A DNA stretch of 64,000 bases from Nematostella vectensis (GCF_932526225.1 NC_064037.1:3120996-3184995); one strand, 5' to 3'. Positions 11,101 through 24,800 are shown, counted from the first letter of the stretch. Numbers and translations are program-made. The notes: a model not told the origin generated them from the letters alone.

Positions 11101-14100
11101 AAGATGAAAGAACAGCATTTGATGGCGCCGTGCAAATGCTGAAACTTGAACTCGAAAAAGTTGAACGGCGATTCAAGTTTATGAAGCGAGAATTATTGAC
11201 AAAGACGCAACAACTCGAGGAGGTATCAGAGCAAAAGAACAATTTGCTTCACGAGATGGGAGTCGTGAGAACAGAGATTGCCGACCACGTGACTATACTC
11301 GAGGACTTACGGATCACCTTGCAGGAAAGGAACGGGACGATCGAAGGACTAAAAGCTGATAGGCTTAGACTGGAGGAGGAGCTTCGTGCCTTGAGTGACA
11401 GGCTTCGGTGTGCGCAGACGAGTTGCGCAGTGGCAGAGCAAGAGAGGAGTGAGTTGCATGAACAGCTGCAAACTACAACCAGGTAATAGACAAGCAATAA
11501 TCGCATCCCTTACTGCATGTTTGTCTGTGCTACATTAGCGTGTGTGCTGTATGTGCTAATGTCCTCATTTGCATTGATTATTGTTTTGCGGCAGTAAAAG
11601 ATTTGTCACACCTGTTTCAATCAATTTTTTCAAGGTTGCAACCGCGAATCAATATATCGTATATATGTATATCAAATCAATATACCCACAGTGGTTCATG
11701 GGTAACTTATAAATGGCTGAATCATGCATGGTCTCTGAGCGCCATGTGAACGTTAGAGGTACATGAACAATAATGCTAAAGCTTTCTAAACCTGTGTTTG
11801 TTTTTATTTACGCTTATTTTATTATTTAGTTGATGCTCATGAAGCATTGCGGGTTACGACACACTATTCTTCGAGTGCAACCTTATTTGAAAAGGTGTAT
11901 ACTAACATTATACACTTTACCTCATAGCCAAGTCTCGGAGTTGAAAGAGCAAGTCCACTCTTCACAACGCGAGAAAGCACGCCTTGAGGGCGAGCTCGAA
12001 TCCACCGTCCGCTCAAAGAGTGACGAGTTGAATGCCAGCAGAGCTCAAGCCTCTGCCCTTCAACACGAGCTCGCCGAGTTACAGAGAAGCTTACAGCGCG
12101 AACTGACAAGACACAGGGATGATACCATCAGCCTAGAACAACAAGTGGAGTTCTATAAAAGGCAGGCAGGCAGGCACGAGTGACAAGTACAGGGCGGAAT
12201 TGAAACGACTACAAGAGCAACTGCAGGTAGGGTTCATGAAACTCATAACATGATCTGGAGCTGGGGTTGAGACTAGGGAGAGAGCGATGCAATGCTCATA
12301 AAGCCTGTTATGAACTCTGATACGCAAAGCTTGCCTTAACCAGAGCATGCTAACGGAAGCATTAAAAGCGAAGGTGCAACAGTTCTTGTTTGTCTTATTT
12401 TATTGATACACCTATTTAAAAAAATGTCAGTTCAAACCGCAAAAATGGTCAGCACAAACCGCAAATGGCGATTGGCAAGTGGTAGTTTTACGGAAGGAAA
12501 CATAGATATCAATAATATTTGTACCAAAGGCTGAAAAAAAAAATAAAATCGTACGATTATCCATTGAAAGGGCAATGATGTATGTTCTGATATCTTTGGT
12601 GGGCTACCTTGATTTTTGCGAATGATAATAACACCCTAATATCCTTAAAGCACCTTTCGATCGCAGAACTGCCATTTGACAATCGCCGATAACGGTTTTT
12701 GAAATAGATGTATATATTTACATTTATTTAGAGCTTGAAAGGAGAGAGGGAGGCACTTGAAGACGAGTTAAGAAAATTACAAAAAGCAAACAAAACCGAC
12801 CTGGATGAACTTAAGGAAACTTACAAAGCAGAGTTACATAAACTACAAGAAAAATGCAGCTCTCTACAACAACTCAAGTATTCGGCAGAACGAAACTTCG
12901 CAGAGATGCAAGAATGGGCAAGAACACAATCTAATGCTTATAAACTCAAGGTTCAACGCCTAGAACAAGATGTTCAAAGCCTGAGAATGATGCTAGAGGC
13001 ACGAAGACGTGAGATCGAGAAACTGTCTCTTGTTGCAATTGAATTGGAGAGGGAAAAAGGCCGTCTAGCTGGGGTTATGACAAGCCAAAAGGCGCTCAGA
13101 GAGCATTGTGCGAAAATGGAGGAATCGATGGCGCAAAAAGAGGCGACGTTGGCTAACAATGGGGCTAAGATAGAGCTACTGGAAAAAGAAAAAGAATTAC
13201 AGGTGAGTTTATCAGGGAAGCAGATATCGCAGTTGAAACAACATTTGGACGAGCAGAGACGGAACTCTGAGGCTATTCAGAAAAGTCTAGTGGCTGAAAG
13301 GAAAGAGGTTACGGGTTTGAAGTTAAAGCTTGCCGAGAGCGAAAACGAGCTCAAACGAGTAAATGACAAGCTCTGCTCTTCTTCTTCTGAGGCCAAAAAA
13401 CTAAGTGCAAAATACGAGAAATGCTCTAAAGAGTTAAAAAGCTGCTATTCAAGCCTTGAGATGGTTCGCTCTGACTTGCGTCATAACCAGGAATTTAGCG
13501 CAAAGCTACAGAGCGAGTTGACGGTGTTCAGAGAACGCGAACAGTTCCAGGACGGGCGGCGGAGTAGCCTTGAATGGGAAGCCAAGCAACGCACAAAGGA
13601 AGTCAACTACATGAAGGAGCAACTGAGACTCTCTGAGGAGAGACAACAAGTGGAGTTAGAAAATCTTAGAACGTCCTACCAGGTGGCAAAGAGCGAGGCA
13701 GTGTTTCTTAGAAATGAGTTGGCGGAAGCACGTGTTTCTAAGAACTCTTACCAATCTAAGGTATTTGAGATGAAGGACGAAGTTCTTAAGACGAAGGAAG
13801 AAAGTGAAGCGATGAGACACGAAGTACATCTCACAAAGCGTCGGCTGCGCGCTCTCACGACAGCTGTTGCCGAGGCCACGGATCTTGGGGCGCTTAAGGA
13901 TTTGGTTGACAAGGAGGAGCTGGCAGAAGAAGTGTCACCCAGACTTCTTTCAAGTCAGACCAAATCAAACACGGAAAGGTAATATCCTATTAGACAACAT
14001 TTAGAGCGCGTTTTGCTCCGCTTTCTTTAGCTTTGTCCACATTGGTAGCTGAGCACAGTACACCTCTTCACACTTACCGTGAACAAGGTCGTGCCTGAGC

Positions 14101-15583
14101 CTCGTCTCTGGGAGTTGTTCCGACTTATTCATTTGGCTCGACAGATTAAGGTTAGACGGTGGGCGCGAGCTTGGTTTTCTTGCCCAGGCGCAAGGTGTGA
14201 ACACAGCCTTTAACTTTTATGTTCCTTGAATACATTTTTTCATAATATAATCAAATTTAGGCTATTTTATTAATCTCATTGCAGCCCTCTTACAAATCTC
14301 AAAGACTGTATGTCAACTTTAAAGTAAGTTGTTTCTATTTTTTGTATTTATCGCTTGATTTTATTTACATTTATTTGTCTTCGTTCCACACCACACACTA
14401 AAGGGATAAATACAGGACAAAAGTCGTGCCATCTTTGGAGTCAGCTAGCTATATTCCTGTCGTAATTTTCGGGTTTCCGTTGGTTAATAATATAACGTCA
14501 CCCAAAACTCTTTCCTCAGCTTCTCTTGTATCACGGCCAACCACAGGAATTCCTAACAGAACGACCGGAACCAGGCTGATTAGAACAGACCTGTTCTCTT
14601 ATTGTAGTTACCGGTCCATGAAGAGCTAGGCGATAAAAAAACCTGTTGACTCATTGTAGTTACCGGTTCATGAGGAGAGCGACATTCAGACATTTACTCT
14701 ATTAGAAACGCACTGGAGCTAAAACCATCTTCTCATCCGATATTGGTTCCTTCTACTAATGTTTTATTGCTTGTCTTGATTTAGGAGGCAAATCGCGAGT
14801 CTACAGACCCAAATGGACGAACACACTCACGCTATACAATCTTCTACCTTTCAGTGGAGGTACGGATTGGGTTAAGTTTGGGGAAAGGGGGGTGGGAAGG
14901 GAGGGAGGAAGTAGGGATTGAAAGTGGGTAAGAGGAAAATAGTGAGAGGCTAGGAAGCTAGTTTGGTTCAACCTGTTTTCGTTATATCTAAAACATTGGC
15001 TACACCACTGTCTTCATGCAAACTCTTTGCACAGTAAACGACTTAATAGCTTGGTATGGGAATACGTGCTAATGACAGGGTCTTTAAGCTGCTGGCTTTA
15101 GTATAGATGATTGTTATCGGAGAGCAAAAACCCTGTCATATGCCTAGGATATGCAGGCCCGTACCCAGGATTTTCTTGGGGGGGGGGGGGGGGGTGCGAA
15201 ACCAAAAAAAAATTTCCGGGGGGGGAGGGGGAGGGAGTTCTCTGATAAAAATCTAACCAACTCTGAAAGAACAAAAAGGGATTTTTATGCCTTTGCAGCA
15301 TCTTCACGGGACGTTTATTGTTGGATTTGGCTACATACCAAAGTGATCATGATTTTTAGTTTTGTCTACAAATAGCACGTCTATCCCCCCCTGGGTATGG
15401 GCCTGATATGTCCATTCAGTGTCGAGCTGTTGCATGAATGGGATAGTAAATTTGCGCTGATGCATGCGATGATCAAATATTCTCGATTACAGGACGTTCG
15501 AGAAGAATGTGAAAGATCTGCAACAAAGAACCAACTCAGACCCAGACATTATGGCGGTAGCCGCTGAGAGAGATACACACTAA
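8172..15583 (+). CDS. Large coiled-coil (golgin / GOLGA3-like?) protein, about 1506 aa. Coding exons: 8172-9024, 9484-11482, 11928-12144, 12188-12226, 12732-13978, 14785-14859, 15493-15583 (TAA 15581-15583)
   Basis: An N-terminal ~430 aa non-coiled head includes five 20-aa repeats. About 1000 aa of heptad-rich sequence follows (for example LEGKLEALTGEYNSILAERKELHAQLRTLQARLQE). All junctions are GT-AG with consistent phases, provided a 43-nt GT..AG gap at 12145-12187 is spliced out. The C-terminus reads ...RTFEKNVKDLQQRTNSDPDIMAVAAERDTH*. Family assignment is tentative. Confidence 0.7.
8620..8935 (+). repeat. In-frame 60-bp tandem repeat x5 inside coding exon 1 of the coiled-coil gene, encoding 20-aa units GAEGTY(V/I)GGTSAGFQGR
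   Basis: Direct reading. It is periodic in all six frames, which explains the overlapping artefact ORFs at 8588-8985 on both strands. Confidence 0.85.
15141..15407. mobile_element. MITE family A copy (TIR caggcccgtacccagg ... cctgggtatgggcctg); other copies at 32196-32549 and 52483-52812
   Basis: Three copies of about 330 bp share an internal sequence (ttctctgataaaaatct...atgcctttgcag...gtctacaaatagcacgtcta) and terminal inverted repeats. Confidence 0.65.
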
Positions 15584-15805
15584 CCAGGCTTATAGCAATC
15601 TATGAATTAGGTATAGTTGCGAAATCATAAGAAATTAAAATTTATTGCGTCAACATAATTGTCGATTTTTTTAACATACATTAAATTGCCCAACCTCTTA
15701 TAAAGAAAAATATCCGTTATTATTATGTAATCTTTTGATGATCTTGTCTATCAACTAAGCATGGACGGGCTACCTGTGTTACAACTCATTTATGAGGTTG
15801 GGCTG

Positions 15806-18800
15806 CTACAACTCATCTTGTGGATATCTAAGGGGGCTCCCTGTGGTTCCCGACGTCCTTGTGTCGTATTTAACAATCGCGTCTAGCAGTTCATCTCCTG
15901 TGGACGTGGGAATCTGATCGAGGGTGATGTTCGAATATCGCTGGCGCAGTATGAAGGCAGCGGCTTTTGGTTGGCGTGCACGTGTAAAGATACCTTTCTT
16001 GTTGCCTGCCACACGTTTAGCACCTGACAACAACCAGAAATGTTAATCAAACATGTCAATTTAGACATGTCAATCTAACTTGTCAGTTTAGACATGTCAA
16101 TGAGATAAGTAATTTAAAAATGTCAATCAGAAATGTCAAACAGATGTCAATCAGGCATGTCAATTTGATATGTAAATTTACATGTGTCCATCAGAATTCC
16201 TCAATCCGGCGTTTTCGTTTCGTTAGTTTGAAGTCTGTTATGAACAAGATTGACAGCGAAATTGTTTGTTCTATATGATTTCTTTGGTTGCTTTATCCCC
16301 CCCCTTTTGTCCTCCACCAGCGAGGTCTCGATCAAGTAAGTAGGAAATATTATAATACTTTGTCTTCACATACAGTACAAAAACCGCATTGTCAATAAAC
16401 GAGACATGATTGCAATAAATTTAGCTTTGATTAATTAAAATCCTGCCCACTTATTTCATCGATCAGCCTGATTGTTGAAAATGGGTGGTTCTTGTATGCG
16501 CGTTTTACAATATTTGATCACTAAAACATTTTTGGGCAACTTAAAAGATTGCTTCGAGGGCGACTGTACTTTGTGCCGTGTTGAAATCAGCAAAATTCCA
16601 GATCATCTCTCCGACAAAGAACTCCTTCCTCAGTTTGTCAAAAACCGGAAAATATTGCTGAATGGTCTCCACCTAAAACACAAGCAGAGATGATTTATTT
16701 TATTATTTATCACGAGATTCTTATAAGTCATCACAGTAAGCTGATAATAAAACGTTGAGTATGTATCAAGAAAAAGTGTCCTCGGGGTAAGCTAAAAAAA
16801 AGTCCTTATTTGGGCAATTATTGAAAGTTGGCATATATTATAGTTTTAGAAACACCAAAATAGGCGAATAATCATCAAATAATACAAATTAGATTTAGAA
16901 AAGATAGAACATCTTAAAACTTGTGTTGATGATTTTATTTGTCATTGAGGAAGCTTAGAAGCAGTCACATTTTAACACAGGAAGCTCAGAGTTACTCCAG
17001 CAAGTAGACTATCCTGGGTACCAGAGGCCCCAGCTTTATCACTCCTTGACTGTCACGCCGGTCTTGGCTACGAGGAGGGAAACTCCTTTATTATTATTAT
17101 TATATTGTATTATTATCGTCCCTCGTAGTCGAGACCGGCGTGTTAGTAAACGAGTGAAAGCTCGAGCCTCTGGTACCCAGGTTAAGTAGCAACCAATACA
17201 TTGATATCAATCTACTCGTACCTGGTACTCCTCTGTGAACATCAGTGCTGGTGACTAGATTAGAGAAAGCTTTAGTATGGCTAACCTTTCCAATACGCGG
17301 TGTATTCTACACTCGACCGAGAACACGAGCAAACGCGGAAATAAGGCAAAGAGAGGAGGAGGCAGTCCTTCCATCTCCTTGCCTTCTTTAAGCTCAGGGG
17401 TAGCCGCCTAAAATCGTGCTGGAGGTCGAAATTTGTGTTTTTATATGTAAGTGATTTGGAATTAACATTGGGCAGTTTGAGCTTTTTAGAGAATTTCATA
17501 AGGGGGGGGGGGGGGGGGGGGGGAGAGGGAGGCAGGCAGGCCACACACCCACCGGTCACACCCACCGAGTGTAATCCCGCGATTGTATCTGCTCCATACT
17601 CTGCCATTATGACCGGCTTGTTGTATTTCTCGTGAAAAGCTCGCAGGTCTCGCTCTAGTTGACGGCTTATCAACTGAGTTCCTCCAAAATCCGCGTACCA
17701 GCCGTAATAGCGGTTGAACATGATGACGTCACTGAGCCTCGCCTGAGACAAATAATAAATTATTTCGTCACAATCATAACACAGGGGGCCAAAGGCAAGC
17801 AAATTCGTGGGAAAAAAATATAGCGACCAAGATAATTTTATTGTGATTCTCCCATTATTTCTTTTTTTTTCGGATAGCATGATCATATAATAAAAAACAC
17901 AACTTGAGAGGGAGCTTTCTCACCATAAACCAGGAAACCCAGGTTGCCATGAATTTCATAACTCTGTAGATATTTGTCTCCTTTTCATTCTCCAAGCCCT
18001 AAAAGCTAAAAGCAAATCCCGCATCCCGCGCGACATTTCTTAATTCCCGCTCGTGCCCCCCTTGTATCCGGCCCTCATTTCGGAAATGTTTATTTTCAAT
18101 ATTCCATGCCGATCTCAAAAAGAAAACAAGGGCTGGGCGAGTGCAATCCTCCTGTAAACTTACAGTGGTAACGCAACACGTGACAGGGCTGAGAATAGTC
18201 TTGGTCTACCTGTGGTAAATACCCGAGGTCAAATAGACTACAATCACCCACCGACCTCGCATCCAAGATCGACTGCAGAAAGCTGGCTTTGTTGTTTATG
18301 TACAGCATGAAGAGTGTAGAGCTCTGTGCGTGTGATACACCACATAGAGTGGATAGTTACTGGTCGTGGTTTGAATCCTGTACCCATCACAATAGTTTAG
18401 TCTAACTGTGATAAATACCCGAGGTCAAGTTCGCAGGCTGCAATCACCCACCGACCTCGCATGCAAGATCGACTGCAGAAGGCTGGCTTTGTACAGCATG
18501 AAGTGTGTAGACCTCTGTGTGTGTGATACACCACATAGCGTGGATAGCTACTGGTCGTGGTTTGTATGCGTTGCTGCCCTGGTAGCTGAAGGAGTTTACC
18601 TAAGTATCACCTACTGTTCTGGGATAGTTCTACCGGTTTTGATGGAAGAGTTCAAGCGAAGTAGACAAGATGTTGGTGAGGGTTTGCTCAAATAGCGTAC
18701 ACAAAATACACAAGTTTGTAAAAGATAAATCGTCACGATAAAATTGATTTTTATTTTTATTAAAATAGTTCTGTTTCGTCCATTTTGGACTTTACTCTAC

Positions 18801-21800
18801 AAATAACCAAATAATAAAGCAGGCTAATTTGATGTCATTGGGTGACATAGGTTGAAAATTTTATTTAAATAGTTATGCTTTGCCGATTTTTAATGACAGT
18901 ATTCGGCGCTTCCTTTTTTCAAGTATATAACAAGTCTTGAGAATGTTACCTCCTTGCAAAAACTGACCCATTTTTAGCGTTGCCGTGAAATATTTTCCTT
19001 ATCTCACCTTGAATAAACTGTTCAAGTTACGGCATATCATCGCCAAAATGTTGTTGCGGCGACACGAATCGAAAACAAAATCCTAATCTCGTTTGGTTGT
19101 AGTCAATCAAACAAGACAATTAAATCAGCCATCAAATTATTTTGTGTAATAGGATAAAATGTTATTTTTCAACAAAAATATTCCGCTTTTCTTTTGTACA
19201 CCATCAATAAATACCGATTTTTCTGAATTAAGTCGACCCCCTGGGAAAAACAATACACATATACGTGACATATTTCATCCGTTCTTCCCGTTATAGCTTG
19301 GATAGGATCATTGGCAATCGCGCTTGCATTTGGAGCATCACCGCTGGCGGCTGGCTTGTGTGCTAAGCTAGGCTGTCGTCCAATAAGCATACTGGGTCTC
19401 TTGGTAAGCTCAGTGTCTTTGGTTGCAAAATCATTCTCTTCATCATTCTCGCTACTTGTCGTCTTCGGGATAACATATGGCCTTGCGACAAGTTGTATCC
19501 ATGTGTCAAACATGCTTACAATCTCACGTTCCTTCGAGAAGCGTAGAGCGCTCGCCACAGGAATCGTTTCCGCTGGTCCGTCGCTTTTTGTTCAGGGAAT
19601 GGGACCTCTCGTCGGGTGGCTGACATCTACATTCGGATGGAGAAGTATGTACCGGATAATCGCCTCGTTTTTTGGCGTAGCGCTGGTTTTGACGTCTGTG
19701 AGTTTTGGCTCCAACATAAAAGATCCCTCGGAGGAAAAGGTTACACAGCTACATACGACTGGGAAATCAGCTCAAATGGGACAACAAACCGCAAATGTAT
19801 ATGGGCCAGACATTGCGCAAAGAAAAACGGTCGATAAAAACGCGACCCTATATCACAATCCGGGTGGGGCAGCGAGACTATTTGAAGAGGAAATTCTTCT
19901 AGAGAAGGCAGAAACTTCATCCGTGGAATGCTCGATGGAGGGCTTGAAAAATGACGCAAAATTTGCGGAGAACTCATTCGAAGATCGGCTGCTTGAAGAA
20001 AATGAAAAATTTCAACTATTCCACTTCTCTACTGAAGAGAACAAGAAAATTAATGAACAAGAAGTGCAGTATGACGAGCTAAAATTAGCGGTGGAAAATG
20101 ACGGCTCACTTGCTAAAGGGAAATGGCGTTCCGGCATCTCTTGTGATCAGAATTTTTCATTCATAAAGAGACCAGCTTACATTTGCACTGTGGTAAGCAT
20201 CACCTTATCCGGAGTTGGCATCTACGCTCCGTTTTTTCATTTGGTAAGTTGATATTTAAAAAAATAGCAGATAAAACAACGATGGACGATAGAAAAAACT
20301 CGTGAAATGGAAGTTCTCTTATGCAGGTTAAACATTGCGAGGAGGTTGGGCTGTCGTCAAGCGAGGCGTCCACGCTGTTCATTCACATCGGCATTTCTTC
20401 CCTCGTTGGTCGTATTCTCAGTGGTCAAATCGTCGACGCCTTCCACATCTCCCCCCTCAAAATCCACCAATGTGCTGACTTCATTTGCGGTGGCTCCATG
20501 CTCCTTATATGGCTCGCGAGTGACTATTTATCGTTTTCCGTGTTCGCAGTTGTTTACGGACTGTCGAATGGGGCGTACGTGACGACAATGTATTTGGCTC
20601 TGATGAATACAGTGGATGCGAGGGACAGACCGATGGCGTTTGGCTTAGGGGAGATGTTATGTTCTGCTGGGATTGTTATAGGCCCTGTACTTGCAGGTAA
20701 GACGGCCATGCTTGCGAAGTTAAGACCGACATGCACTTCGAGGGTAAGACCGAGATGCAATGCGAGGGTAAGACCGACATGCACTTCGAGAGTCGGACCG
20801 ATATGTATTGCGAGAGTAAGACCGATATGCACTGCCAGAGTAAGACCGACATGCACTGCCAGAGTAAGACCGACATGCACTGCCAGAGTAAGACCGATAT
20901 GCACTGCCAGAGTAAGACCGATATGCACTGCCAGAGTAAGACCGACATGCACTTCAATAGTAAGACCGACATGCACTGCGAGGGAAACCGACATGTACTT
21001 CGAGAATGAGACCGACATGCCCTTCAATATGAAGACCGACATGCATTGCGAGAGTAAGACCGACATGCACTGCATATCAAACATATTCCCCACGGATAGT
21101 GTCCTTCGTATGCATTGCCTTATATGGGCATTGATGCCCATATTTAGAAGAGCTAAAGTTTTCCCGCTCCCTGATCTCCAGAAAACATGGTGAAAAATAC
21201 TGATTCCTTTCAATTTGAGACTCGAGGCAAAAATGTGTCAAAAAAACTTTATCGCTTGGTCAAATCTTTATCACACAAGTCTTGAAAAGCCCTTAGACCC
21301 AGGCCTCCAAGAGATTGGCCGAGCGAGATTTAAGGTCACCCAAATATTGATATGGAGAGAAGACCGACATGCACTTCGAGACAAAGACCGACATGCACTT
21401 TGAGGGTAAGACCGACGTGCACTTCGAGAGTTAGACCGACATGCACTTCGAGAGTTAGACCGACATGCACTTTGACATGTAAAACCGACATTGCGAGAAA
21501 AAAACTCGATACACACACATTGCACTGTTTGATTTGGCAATGGACACTGATGAAGAGGAAGTAATTTTAAAACGTCTGCGAAATCGACTTTAGTTTAGCG
21601 CATATTATCTGTATTTTAATTTACAATAATCGTATTTACCAAGCGTCAACCGCTACAGCACCCTCTTTGTATAAATTATGCTGCAAGGGAACGACCGGCA
21701 TAAACTGCGAGATAACTAAGGCTAAATTCGCTGCTTGTTTTCCAGGTTTGATAGCAGATAAGACGGGTTCATACGTAGCAGCGTTCGGTATGACGGGAGG

Positions 21801-24800
21801 TGTTACAGTATTCGCGGCTTTTGTTCCGCTAATTCTGTTATGCCGCGCACAAGAGAGAGACAGGGCAGCATGCCACAGGGTGCCCATAACTAACCTCGAG
21901 GGACTGATAATCGTCGAAAGGGAAACCGTCTTATGATTTAGACAAAGACATTATATAAAAGGTTTAATACCATCTTTATAAGCAGCAACAATTCGTTAAT
22001 AAACTTTTTTACTGTAAAAATAACCACCACCATTATCAGTCACCATCATCATCACTATAATCACCACTAATATCGTCTTTTTCAACTCACCACTCTGTCG
22101 AGAAAGGCGCGGTATTTCGTGACATACGTGACAGGTCGCGTGACATCCATGGAGCGAACTTCTTCGAATATCGGCCTGTACAAAACAAATCAAGCACATT
22201 CTCAATAAGTACAATATTTAAGGCTTTGTACATCTTAGAGAACATTTTAGATTCTATGCGCTGGACCGAAAACAGTATCTGACGTCATATATTATCCGTA
22301 ATATTTCGTAATATGGCCCGACAACTCTAACTATAGTATAATCGTGCGCTTACAAAACAAACCATAATATTGTTGTTAAAAATGTCTAGTAAAGACATGT
22401 ACAATTAATGGAAGATGCCTATATGAATAAAGAAGCCATTAAATAAATGATTCCGTCCAGCTCGCTATAAATTACACAAGGTTTCCGAATGAGTGAAAAG
22501 TGATAGCAAAATGGCGGAGCACTGGAAACTAGGTAGTGTTTATCAGTGGCCTAAGCCATTGGTTGTCGAAAAGTATAAATTTCACATCAACCGGTTACGT
22601 GAGCGGATGACGTACTTGAAATAGTCAAGCGAGGCTGGCTTGTCCGTGGGAGGCTCGTTGGCTACCGACCACATGACAACCGCTGGACGGTTTTTATCGC
22701 GGCGCACAAGCTCCATCATCTCTTGCGTGTGACGCTTCTGGAGCTCTGGGGTAAGGTTCGCACTGCAACATAGGGAAAAAAATCGATCAACCACTCCTTT
22801 GTTATTGTTTATAAATGAAAATGCGACGGTTTATTTGCAAGGAGACTTCAAAATTACAATCAACGAATGAAGTCTGATACTTTATCAATGATATTTGATA
22901 GAAAGTTTCTCAGTTATTTGCTTGAATTTGCCGATGGAAATGGATGCTTTGTGTGACTCGGCATTGAGCGGGAGAGTAAAATGACGGCGTGATTGCCCTT
23001 TTTTAAGATTCTTTTAATGAATCGGTTGAAACAGTAATAATGCGCAACTAATCTATTGTGCTTACTAGTTTTCGAAATTAACAGTCCACGTTTATTTGTT
23101 GTTATGAAGTGCGGTAAATTCCACACACAAAAAACTTGTTTCAGCGCCATGTCCCATTAGCAACACATGTGTTATTGTTTCATGCCATATTGGAAGACAC
23201 ATTATGTCAAGAAATCTCGGAACAACCTCCCGTCAACCTAAAATCAGAGTTTCATACTTTATTTACCAAATAAGTTCGAAAATACCACAATAGCTTCGCA
23301 TTCAGCCCATGGAAATGTTGATGTTTTTACCACACTTGATACTTTGACAAATTATCTTTAAAGCCGGCCACACAGTACGAAATACCACATCAGGGGCTGA
23401 ACTAGAAGTAACAACCTTTATTTTGATATATCGACAGTTTATATCGAATATTTTTTTCTAAGTGAAAAAAAATAGTAATCTTATAAGGACTGGGCTTCCC
23501 ATACCTAAGAAAAAGTGGTGTATAAAACAAATATGGTAACAAATGTTGGTAACCCATCGACTCGAGTTTTCGTGACGTGATGTCCGTCCGTCCGTCGACA
23601 ACCAAACTTGGCAGGTGTCATGTATGTGTCAAGGGAGGGGCAAATTGCGGTCAAGTGATTTGTGACGTCATCGATGACGTCACTAGAAGCAAAAATATGC
23701 TGACGTCATCAAAATAAAAAATATTTATATTTCACGAAGTAGACATCATATGGCAACCAATCTCGGTAGGTGTCATGTAGGTGTCAAGGGGGATGCAACA
23801 ATATGGTCACGTGATTGTGACGTCATCAATAACGTCACTAGAAGCAAAATATGCTGACGTCATCAAAATAAAAAAACATTCAAATCTCGTGAAAGAAACA
23901 TTGTATAACAACCAAACTTGGTAGGTGTTTATGCATGTGTCAAAGGGCGGTGTCAAGTTATGGTCACCTGATGCGTGACGTCATCGATGACGTCACTTTA
24001 AGCAAAACTATCCCGATTTCACATCTATATTCATATCTCCTAAACGAAACATCATATGACAACCAATCTTGTTATGTGTCATGAAGGTGTCAAGGAGAGT
24101 GCACCAATGTAGTCACGTGATTGTGACGTCATCAATGACGTCACTAGAAAAAAAATATGCCGACGTCATCAAAATAAAAATATGAAATATATATATTTTT
24201 TATTTCATTAAAGAAACATCGTGTGACAACAAAACTCAGTAGGTGTGATGTATGTTTCAAGTGGGGTGCAATGAAATAGTAACGTGATGTCATTGATGAC
24301 GTCAATAAATTAACTACCCTGACTCCAAAAGATCGTATAACAATTAAATGTGTTACGTGTCATGTAGTTGTCAAGGTTGGGGGGAAGGGGGTCGCGTGAT
24401 CTGTGAAATCGTTGACATCGTCAAAAACAGAAAATATAATATATTTAATATTTCTTTATCTACCACAGCCTGTCGTACTTAGAATAAAATCTAAATTAAA
24501 GTTTTGAAACATTCAGTTTGGACATATATCGTAAGATCCCCGTTTTAAGTCATTACTGTTTGTTTAAGTGCCCGCTTGTAAAATAAATCCTTCTGAAAGC
24601 AAGTTCATTAGTACTTCACACAGCTAACACCGCCGATTGACTATTAAGCGGAAATAAGCAAAGATTTGGTCGTTTGGAGCTCCGCTTTTAGGCAATGCCT
24701 AAATCTATACATTATCTTGAGCATTAGTAAGTCCAGAGTCACAGCACAGTCACATCTATCACGAAAAAGCATATTTACAAATTGTTTTTCTGTGACATGG

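Noticed and set aside
9938-11506. Several minus-strand ORFs (93-173 aa) rich in S/C/F
   Set aside because: Antisense to the GAG/GAA-rich coiled-coil coding exon; antisense of E/K/L-rich coding is typically open by chance.
17281-17886. 201-aa minus-strand ORF containing PPPPPPP
   Set aside because: Read-through of the GUSB exon 9 donor (TCG|gtgggt) into the intron across the C21 homopolymer; only 17566-17742 is exonic.
19169-19558. Minus-strand 129-aa ORF
   Set aside because: Antisense to the well-supported SLC16-like exon 2.
20554-21540. ORFs on both strands in the 24-bp array (for example 20554-21213 minus, 20731-21009 plus, 21271-21540 minus)
   Set aside because: Repeat-driven open frames within the intron 3 minisatellite of the SLC16-like gene.
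23560-24430. Regular ~150-bp repeats with interspersed sequence, superficially CRISPR-like
   Set aside because: Eukaryotic context; the units are long, diverged copies of one sequence with no unique spacers and no cas genes; interpreted as a CRE-containing tandem repeat.
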